A stretch of DNA of 32,000 bases from an archaeon GW2011_AR10 (lineage in GTDB: Archaea; Iainarchaeota; Iainarchaeia; Iainarchaeales; GW2011-AR10): contig CP010424.1 in assembly GCA_000830275.1 (NCBI GenBank), positions 570,001-602,000 on the forward strand, written 5' to 3'. Below the pieces are notes generated by a model. That model ran no database searches and was not told where the DNA came from. It worked only from the letters and a program-made list of their open reading frames with translations. The position numbers and the translations under genes are program-made. Positions 9,035 through 16,312 of the stretch are shown in pieces. Every line of letters begins with the position of its first letter. Within the stretch, counting starts at the first letter, position 1.

Positions 9035-10436
9035 GAAAAGACTTGAGAAGTTTCTTGTTTTCCCGGAGGATTCAATTAAGGAGACCATGAGAAAAGTTGA
9101 CTTGAATGGTTTTGGGATTGCCTTGATAACCAACCACGAAAAAAAACTTCTTGGAATTGTTACTGATGGGGACATCAGGAGAGCAATACTTAAGGGCACT
9201 GACATTGGTGAAAAGGTTGAAGGCATAATGAACAGGAACCCTGTTTATGCTTTTGAAGGCGCATCAAAGAGAGAGTTACTTTCACTTGTCAGGCGCCACA
9301 ATGTTGTGGAAAAAATTCCTATTTTGGGAAAAAACCTTACAGTAAAAGACATTGCAATCTTTTCCAATATTGAGGAGGGAAACCCTCTTTACATTAGCAT
9401 GGAAAAGAAGACTGCGCCATTAGTAAGAAAAGTCCTGGTAATAGGGGGGGCAGGCTATCTTGGCTCGGTTCTTGTCAGAAAGCTTTTGGAAAAAGGTTTT
9501 TTTGTAAGGGTACTTGACAACCTTACTTTTGGGAACGATGGCATAAAGGAGCTCTTTTCCAATAACCGCTTTGAATTCTTTGAGGGTGACATCAGGAAAA
9601 TTGATGATGTGGTGAGAGCAATTATTGGCATGGATGCAGTGGTTCATCTAGCTGCAATTGTGGGCGATTCTGCTTCCTCCATTGAACCAATTTCAACTGT
9701 TGAAACCAATTACCTTGCAACAAAGCTTATAGCTGAAACATGCAAGCACCATCAGGTTAACAGGCTGGTTTTTGCCTCAAGCTGTTCGGTTTACGGAGCA
9801 AACAGTTATGTGGCTGATGAGAGCACTGAACTGAACCCTGTCTCGCTTTACGCGAGAACAAAAATCAAGTCAGAGGAAGGCTTGCTTGAAATGAGTGACG
9901 AGAATTTTGCTCCGTGCATTTTGAGGATGGCAACTCTGTTCGGTGTTTCACCGAGAATGCGGTTTGACTTAGTTGTTAACCTGCTAACTGCAAAGGCACT
10001 AAACGAAAAAGAGATAACAATTTTTGGCGGAAACCAGTTCAGGCCGTTAGTGCATGTTGAGGATGCAGCGCAGGCCTACATTGATTGTCTTCGCGCACCG
10101 ATTGAAAAAATCAGGGGCCAAGTTTTCAATGTTGGGGCTGACAGCGGCAACTACCGAATCATTGACCTCGGCAGAAAAATCAAGGAGCTTGTTCCAGAAG
10201 CAAAACTTGTCGTGGAAAAAAAAGAAGAGGGCGACATTAGAACCTACAAGGTCTCTTTTGAAAAAATTTCCAAAGAACTTGGCTTTGCAGCAAGAAAAAC
10301 TGTTGATAACGGAGTAAAGGAAATAAGGGCTGCATTCGAGGAAGAATTGTTTGATGATTACTCAAGCGAAAAATACAGTGTTTACAGTTACTTAAAGAAA
10401 AATGTGTTTGGCAAGAGGGGTGCTTCCAATGAGTGA
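9027..10436 (+). CDS. CBS-pair (Bateman) domain fused to an extended SDR NAD-dependent sugar epimerase/dehydratase
   Basis: The N-terminal ~125 aa carry two CBS motifs (GIVTDGDIRRAIL ... KIPILGKNLTVKDIAIFSNI). These are followed by VIGGAGYLGSVL, ASSCSVYG and YARTK. ATG at 9027 overlaps the upstream stop (ATGCCTGA). The longer track ORF from 8958 is rejected. Confidence 0.8.
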   Translation: MPEKRLEKFLVFPEDSIKETMRKVDLNGFGIALITNHEKKLLGIVTDGDIRRAILKGTDIGEKVEGIMNRNPVYAFEGASKRELLSLVRRHNVVEKIPILGKNLTVKDIAIFSNIEEGNPLYISMEKKTAPLVRKVLVIGGAGYLGSVLVRKLLEKGFFVRVLDNLTFGNDGIKELFSNNRFEFFEGDIRKIDDVVRAIIGMDAVVHLAAIVGDSASSIEPISTVETNYLATKLIAETCKHHQVNRLVFASSCSVYGANSYVADESTELNPVSLYARTKIKSEEGLLEMSDENFAPCILRMATLFGVSPRMRFDLVVNLLTAKALNEKEITIFGGNQFRPLVHVEDAAQAYIDCLRAPIEKIRGQVFNVGADSGNYRIIDLGRKIKELVPEAKLVVEKKEEGDIRTYKVSFEKISKELGFAARKTVDNGVKEIRAAFEEELFDDYSSEKYSVYSYLKKNVFGKRGASNE

Positions 10437-10848
10437 GGAGAGGTTTGAGAAATGGGTGATGCCAAAAATTGAGGAAAAAAAGCTTCACCCAAAATATTTT
10501 TTTCTTGTTCAATACAAGCATAACCTGAAACTCGGAGTAAAAACTGATATCGGGGCTTTCAATTACATTAACGCAAAAAACGGTGTGGAAATTGGTGATT
10601 TCGTGCAAATAGGCTCGCACTGCTCAATTTACAGTGATTCAACAATTGACAACAAAAAAGGAAAAGTTGTTCTGAAAAAAAATGCAAGAATTGGAAGCCA
10701 CAGCGTTGTGATGCCTGGCGTCACTGTGGGGGAGAACTCAATTATTGGGGCGTTAAGTTTTGTCAACAAAGATATTCCTGCAAATGTATTGGCTTTCGGC
10801 ATTCCGGCAAAAGTTGTTAGGAAGCTCAAGCAGGAAGAACTTGAATGA
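10429..10848 (+). CDS. Left-handed beta-helix (hexapeptide repeat) acyl/acetyltransferase
   Basis: Hexapeptide periodicity in IGDFVQIGSHCSIYSDSTID...ARIGSHSVVMPGVTVGENSIIGALSFV. ATG at 10429 overlaps the upstream stop (ATGAGTGA). Confidence 0.75.
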   Translation: MSEERFEKWVMPKIEEKKLHPKYFFLVQYKHNLKLGVKTDIGAFNYINAKNGVEIGDFVQIGSHCSIYSDSTIDNKKGKVVLKKNARIGSHSVVMPGVTVGENSIIGALSFVNKDIPANVLAFGIPAKVVRKLKQEELE

Positions 10849-10858
10849 GTCAATAAAA

Positions 10859-12007
10859 ATGAAAAAAGTCTGCGTTACAACTGGTTCAAGGTCGGATTAT
10901 GGCATTCTTTCCCAAGTTATGAAAGAAATCAGAAAGAGCAAAGAGCTTGAGCTTGAAATTGTTGCAGCAGGCTCTCATCTTGAGGAAACATTCGGCTACA
11001 CTTACAAAGAAATAGAGCGGGATGGCTTTATTATTGATAAAAAAGTTAGGATTCCGCTTGCGTTTTCTTCAAACAAGGAAATGGCTAGTGCAACAGGTGA
11101 AGCAGTAAGAGGCTTTTCAGAGGCTTTCAGTGAAATAAAGCCTGACTTGGTGTTGGTTCTTGGCGACAGGTTCGAGGTTTTTGCAGCAGTCATTGCTGCT
11201 TACTATCAATTGATTCCTGTTGCGCACATTCACGGCGGTGACAAGTCAACTGGTGGCAGCCTTGACGACAGTGTCAGGCACGCAATTACAAAGCTTTCTC
11301 AAATTCATTTTGTTGCCTCGCGTAAAAGCTTTGAAAGGGTTAAAAAGCTTGGAGAGGAAGAGCACAGAATTCACTTGGTTGGTTCGCCGGCAGTTGACAT
11401 GATTCTGTCAACTAAAAAAATTTCCAGAGAGGAATTAAACAAAAAGTTTGGACTAAAAAATGAGCCATACACTGTTGTAATACAGCACCCTATAACAAGC
11501 AATGTTGGGGAAGCAGGCGCACAGATGAGGGAAACAATGGAGGCAGTTAAAAGCATTGGATTGCAGGCAGTTGTTGTTTACCCCAACGCTGATGCCGGAG
11601 GAAAAAAAATCATTGAAGAAATTGAGAAATACTCTAAGCTGCCTTTTGTGAAAGTTTTCAAGTCCGTTCCATTCAAGGATTACGTTCAGCTGTTAATGCA
11701 TTCGTCCTGCCTTGTCGGCAATAGCAGCGGAGCGCTGATTGAAACGCCTTCACTGCACATTCCTGCTGTCAATATTGGGCCAAGGCAAAATGAAAGGGAA
11801 AAGTCAGAGAATGTAATTGATGCCCCACATGACAGAAGAGAAATTGAGGCAGCAATTAGGAAGGCTTTGTTTGACAAGGAGTTCAAGAAAAAAGTTGAGA
11901 ATTGCAAAAATCCTTATGGCATAGGAAAAAGCTCAAAAAAAATTGTTGAAATACTGGAAAAAACAGAAATCAATGAGGGATTAATAAGGAAAAAACTTGC
12001 TTACTAG
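10859..12007 (+). CDS. neuC: UDP-N-acetylglucosamine 2-epimerase (hydrolysing), NeuC/LegG-like
   Basis: VTTGSRSDYGIL, AAGSHLEETFGYTYKEIERDGF and HIHGGDKSTGGSLDDSVRHAITKLSQIHF are NeuC-type blocks. ATG at 10859 lies just after the acetyltransferase stop. Confidence 0.85.
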   Translation: MKKVCVTTGSRSDYGILSQVMKEIRKSKELELEIVAAGSHLEETFGYTYKEIERDGFIIDKKVRIPLAFSSNKEMASATGEAVRGFSEAFSEIKPDLVLVLGDRFEVFAAVIAAYYQLIPVAHIHGGDKSTGGSLDDSVRHAITKLSQIHFVASRKSFERVKKLGEEEHRIHLVGSPAVDMILSTKKISREELNKKFGLKNEPYTVVIQHPITSNVGEAGAQMRETMEAVKSIGLQAVVVYPNADAGGKKIIEEIEKYSKLPFVKVFKSVPFKDYVQLLMHSSCLVGNSSGALIETPSLHIPAVNIGPRQNEREKSENVIDAPHDRREIEAAIRKALFDKEFKKKVENCKNPYGIGKSSKKIVEILEKTEINEGLIRKKLAY

Positions 12008-12152
12008 CTGTGTTTGATTTCTTGCGATTATGGGTTTCAAAGAAATGCTTAAAAAATATTAAAAGCCTAGCCTTTTATTGGCTAATCTGCTGGCTGAAAA
12101 GCTTTTTTTATAAATAGTACGTTTTTACAATGATTTTATTGCAGGTGAAAAA

Positions 12153-13040
12153 TTGGATAATGTAATCGTAATGTACCACTATGTGCAGGACAACACTGGA
12201 TTCAAAGCGTTTTCAAAGCAAGAATTCAGGGAACAAGTGCAGTACCTTAAAGAAAGATACAAAATAATCTCTTTGCAGGAACTCGTGGAAAAAAAGCCTC
12301 AAGGCAAGACATGCGTTCTCACGTTTGACGACGGAATTAAAGACGGATTTACAACAGCACTTCCAATACTTGAAGAAGAGGGCCTTAATGGAACTTTCTT
12401 TGTTCCAACAAAAATTTTTATGGAGAAAAAGCTGCTTGGAGCGCAGAAAAGGCACCTGTTACTGGCAAAGCTTGGAACAAAAAAGTTTGTTGAAGAATTC
12501 AATAAAATTGCAGACAATGTTTTTCAAGTAAAAAAAGAAGGAAAGAAAAACGAGTACGACGACGAACTGACATCAAACCTTAAATTCATGCTAGATAACA
12601 TGGACCAGAGAAAAGCAAATGCCATTTTGGATAGGATTTTCAGCAAGCGCTTCAATGAAAAAGAAGAGTTCGAAAAAATTTACCTAAGCTCAAAGGAAGT
12701 AAAAAGATTAGTTGGAAAAGGAATGGAGGTAGGAAGCCACGGGCATGCGCACCTGTGGCTTGGCAAGCTCCCTTTCAAGGACATGGAAGCAGACTTGGTG
12801 AAATCAGTTGAGGTTTTCAATAATGTGTTCTCAATGCACCCAAGAGTAATGTCTTACCCTTTTGGAAGCTACTCTCTTTTTACAAGGAGGCTAGCTGAAA
12901 AACTTGGTTTCATAGCGGCCGTTACAACAGCGAAAAAGAAAAATATAAGCCTAGAAAGCCCCTTAGAGCTAGGCAGGTATGACTGCATTGACCTGTTTCC
13001 AAGGAAAACCAAGGAAAAGTCGAGAAAGATTCTAAGCTAG
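12153..13040 (+). CDS. Polysaccharide deacetylase (NodB homology domain)
   Basis: VLTFDDGIKDG and GSHGHAH NodB motifs. TTG start lies 4 nt behind AGGTGA. An alternative ATG is at 12171. Confidence 0.8.
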   Translation: MDNVIVMYHYVQDNTGFKAFSKQEFREQVQYLKERYKIISLQELVEKKPQGKTCVLTFDDGIKDGFTTALPILEEEGLNGTFFVPTKIFMEKKLLGAQKRHLLLAKLGTKKFVEEFNKIADNVFQVKKEGKKNEYDDELTSNLKFMLDNMDQRKANAILDRIFSKRFNEKEEFEKIYLSSKEVKRLVGKGMEVGSHGHAHLWLGKLPFKDMEADLVKSVEVFNNVFSMHPRVMSYPFGSYSLFTRRLAEKLGFIAAVTTAKKKNISLESPLELGRYDCIDLFPRKTKEKSRKILS

Positions 13041-13055
13041 CAATATTGCGAAACA

Positions 13056-14174
13056 CTAATCAAAATAACTCTCCAATTTGCTATCCCTAACCGTATCCAG
13101 CGTATTGCAGTGAATTCCGCCCATATAATATGAGTGCCTGAAGCTTATTGGAATGACTTTCAATTTGTATTTTTCCAAAGTTTGAATTAGTTTTGTTTGT
13201 CTTTTATCAACAATCACTGTTTCCGGGTCAATAGACAATATGTTCATGCCAATCCACTCGGAAGCCATGTCACCAAGATCGCTTTCAACTCCAAGCTTTA
13301 GTAGCTTTTGGTGTACTTTGCTTCTTACATTTCTCTGGAAGTCAACGGTTTCTTTTGGGTGAGGCATTATATCATTGAAATAAATCTTTTCCCATTTGTC
13401 CAAAATTTTTGGGCAAGTTTTTTGGTTTACTCGGAAGCCATTTAAAAGCACTAGGCCGGGCCTCAAACATAAAACAGTGGAATCAATATGACTTGAGCGA
13501 TATATCTTGTCAGTGGTATGAACCCTGTATTCTTCGCCCAAAATGCTTTGCAGCCATTTGGCTGCAAGATAATTGCCTGACTTCGAAACCAAATACAAGA
13601 TGTCTTTTCCCATCCTGGCAGTGTTGGCAGCCTCAAAAAGAATTTCGTTTTCAGCCAATTTAAACAATACTTTATCAAATTCCCTCTCAACATCATGAAA
13701 GGGCACCATGTAATCCCCAATTAGTTTTGCTTTTGGGGCAGATATCCAGCGGAAACCCTCCTCAAAATAATGGTACCAAACATCGTAGAGTGCCATTGCC
13801 TCGTAATACCTGTACCTATTATAGGTGGGAGATTCTATTACAGTATCACCAACCACCAAATGGTGGTCCCGCATATTGTAACAATCGGAGCCAACCGCAG
13901 CCCAGTGGGGGGTTGAAAAAAACTTGTTCACATCGCCAGTATTTGGTCTGAATACTTTAGCTCCGTGGCTCTTAAGCACACCACACAGCTCTTCCAGGTC
14001 CTCGCTTACTTCGTTTACAAGCCATTCAGGATATGCGTCTTGGGCTAATTTGAATGCCTTTTCTTTGGTTTTATCATCAACAGGCCGGAAAAGAGTAAGA
14101 CTGGCCATTGTCTTAGTTCTGCCAACAATTATTTCTCTTAGTCTGTCCCACTCATTATGGCTATTAATTTTCAT
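13056..14174 (-). CDS. Amidinotransferase family protein (glycine / inosamine-phosphate amidinotransferase-like)
   Basis: NEWDRLREIIVG (compare NEWDPLEEVIVG as I recall it from human AGAT), SSHIDST (catalytic His region) and C-terminal MGGIHCNTLD (catalytic Cys region). The length and overall block order match AGAT/StrB1. Confidence 0.8.
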   Translation of the reverse strand: MKINSHNEWDRLREIIVGRTKTMASLTLFRPVDDKTKEKAFKLAQDAYPEWLVNEVSEDLEELCGVLKSHGAKVFRPNTGDVNKFFSTPHWAAVGSDCYNMRDHHLVVGDTVIESPTYNRYRYYEAMALYDVWYHYFEEGFRWISAPKAKLIGDYMVPFHDVEREFDKVLFKLAENEILFEAANTARMGKDILYLVSKSGNYLAAKWLQSILGEEYRVHTTDKIYRSSHIDSTVLCLRPGLVLLNGFRVNQKTCPKILDKWEKIYFNDIMPHPKETVDFQRNVRSKVHQKLLKLGVESDLGDMASEWIGMNILSIDPETVIVDKRQTKLIQTLEKYKLKVIPISFRHSYYMGGIHCNTLDTVRDSKLESYFD

Positions 14175-14520
14175 TCTCCCACTCGGTTGTTGTTTTTATT
14201 TTCCACTACGTTTTAACATTCCCAAATGACAGGACATAAGCCCATAAGTTGCTTTAATATTACTTCTTCTTTCTAACAAACATGAGCAGATTAGCCATAT
14301 TTTCTTGACACTATTTGTATTATTAAAAATATACAAAAATATATAACCATTTCTATAATCTATTAGGCCGGATTCCAAACGCTTCAAGTAAATAAAAAGG
14401 CTTTTCAAAGATTTGGAATGCGTTGCAGAAAGAAGGGTTCATGGAAAGAACTGGGTTGGCTGTTTTCATGAGAAGGCTTAAATAACTTAATTTGCTAATT
14501 TTACATGTCCTGGTGAAAAA

Positions 14521-15576
14521 ATGAAAAAAATGATTTTGTTCGGCTGCGGCGGCTCGGCAGGAATCAATTTTGTTAAATCATTGCGGCTTTGCAGGGAAAA
14601 AGTGAAAATTATTGGGTTTGACATAAATAGGTACTACATTGAGCTTTCGCCAGTTGACCAGCGCTACTTAATTCCAGCCATAAAGCAGCGTTCATCAGAA
14701 ACAATTGACAAGGTAAATGAACTGATAAAAAAAGGGGGGATTGATTTTGTTCACGCGCAGCCCGACCCAGAAGTAGGATATGTTTCAGAACACAGGGAAA
14801 AATTCAATGCAAAAACTTTTTTTCCTTCAAAAGAAGCCGTAAAAATCTGCCACGACAAAATGGAGTCCTACAAGACTTGGAAAAGTAAGGGAGTGCCTGT
14901 TGCAAAAACAATTCAAATTCAAAACGAGGGTTCGCTTGAAAAAGTTTTCAATGAGCTTAAGGGAACCGTGTGGATTCGCGCATCAAAGGGAGCCGGAGGA
15001 AAAGCAAGTTTGCCTGTTGACAGTGTTGATGAAGCCAGAATGTGGATAAGGTTCTGGACAAAATATGGTTTGATGTGGAATGATTTTATTGCAAGCGAGT
15101 TTTTGCCTGGAGAAGAAATTGCATGGAACAGTGTTTGGGCTGATGGAAAGCTGTTGTGCTCTCAGGGGAGAATCAGAATTGAGTGGGTTCAAGCTGGGTT
15201 GAGTCCGAGCGGCGTTACTGGCACAACAGCAATACAGAAAACAGTTCATGACGACAGCATCAATGAAATTGCCACAAAGGCAATTGAGGCAGTGGATAAA
15301 AAGCCTAACGGCATATTTTCAGTTGACATAAAACAGGACCCTGAAGGAAACCCGAAAGTAACTGAAATTAACCCCGGAAGATTTTCTACAACATCGCTTT
15401 TCTTTTCAACTTATGGAGTGAACATGCCTGAAATTTATTTGAAAGCAGCTTATGGAGAGAAAATTAAGGGGGTTTCTCCCTATAATTCAGTTGAAAAGGA
15501 CGTTTACTGGATTAGGATTCCAGATGGCGGCCCAGTTATGGTAAAAGGGGATGACTGGAAAAGCAAGCCGCTTTAA
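14521..15576 (+). CDS. ATP-grasp family ligase
   Basis: WIRASKGAGGKAS (glycine-rich ATP loop), EFLPGEE and KVTEINPGRFS (Mg/ATP-binding E-x-N). It is about 350 aa with a pre-ATP-grasp Rossmann-like N-terminus. Confidence 0.7.
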   Translation: MKKMILFGCGGSAGINFVKSLRLCREKVKIIGFDINRYYIELSPVDQRYLIPAIKQRSSETIDKVNELIKKGGIDFVHAQPDPEVGYVSEHREKFNAKTFFPSKEAVKICHDKMESYKTWKSKGVPVAKTIQIQNEGSLEKVFNELKGTVWIRASKGAGGKASLPVDSVDEARMWIRFWTKYGLMWNDFIASEFLPGEEIAWNSVWADGKLLCSQGRIRIEWVQAGLSPSGVTGTTAIQKTVHDDSINEIATKAIEAVDKKPNGIFSVDIKQDPEGNPKVTEINPGRFSTTSLFFSTYGVNMPEIYLKAAYGEKIKGVSPYNSVEKDVYWIRIPDGGPVMVKGDDWKSKPL

Positions 15577-15589
15577 CTTTAATTCTCTT

Positions 15590-16312
15590 ATGCTTGATAG
15601 TATGCAGGCAAAAGCAGTGATTTTTGATTACCATGGCACGCTTGTTGATCCATGGAAGCGATACCTAGAATCTTTTTCGCAGGCAATGAAAAAATGCTGC
15701 AATTCGGCTGTTACTGATAGGGAATTCATAAAAGAACAGCGGAGAGCAGGCACTCCAACACATAAAATATTGGAGAGCATTTTAAAAAAATCGGGTTTTC
15801 CTCAGTCCTCAGAGCTCATAGAAGAAATTAACAATTATAGAAGGACCCTTGTTTCCAGTCCTGATTTTTTTAGGGAAAACCCTGACACATTAATTGAAAG
15901 CGCAAAAGAAACTCTGCAAAAGATGAAGAAACAGGGAGCAAAGCTTTTTCTGGTTTCATTAATTCCACTTTTAGACCATTCAGAAGAGAGAAAAATAAAA
16001 AAACTTATACATAATCAGTTGGTGGCTTATGAACTGGAAAAAGAATTCAGCGAGGTTTTCATTGAAATAACTCCTTATGGAAAAAAATTCGGCAACGTCA
16101 AGCTAAACGCTTTCAAGAAAATTAATGAAAAAAACGGTTTTTCTTCTAATGAATGCGTTGTTGTGGGAGACTCTGAAATCGAGCTTAATGCCGGAAAAAC
16201 ACTCGGAATGAAAACAGTAGGCGTTCTAACTGGAATGAGCAGCAGGGAGAGGCTAGAAAAATTAAAGGTTGACAGAATAATAGGGTCGGTTGCAGAACTG
16301 GAACTTTTTTAG
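15590..16312 (+). CDS. HAD superfamily hydrolase (phosphoglycolate phosphatase/HAD-IA-like) with a variant motif I
   Basis: Motif I is VIFDYHGTLVD. Motif IV is VVGDSEIELNAG. A cap-domain-length insert lies between them. ATG at 15590 or 15602. The track start at 15551 overlaps the ATP-grasp gene. Confidence 0.75.
   Translation: MLDSMQAKAVIFDYHGTLVDPWKRYLESFSQAMKKCCNSAVTDREFIKEQRRAGTPTHKILESILKKSGFPQSSELIEEINNYRRTLVSSPDFFRENPDTLIESAKETLQKMKKQGAKLFLVSLIPLLDHSEERKIKKLIHNQLVAYELEKEFSEVFIEITPYGKKFGNVKLNAFKKINEKNGFSSNECVVVGDSEIELNAGKTLGMKTVGVLTGMSSRERLEKLKVDRIIGSVAELELF

Noticed and set aside
10551-10557. Matches to the missing tRNA 5' acceptor strand: CGGGGCT at 10551-10557 (AGCCCCG on the minus strand) and AGCCCCG at 23371-23377.
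   Set aside because: Both lie inside well-supported CDSs and are not followed by anything resembling a D-arm. They are chance 7-mers.
14196-14408. 70-aa minus-strand ORF in the divergent promoter region.
   Set aside because: It is AT-rich and rich in Ile, Asn, Tyr and Leu, as expected from random translation of promoter DNA. No SD is present.
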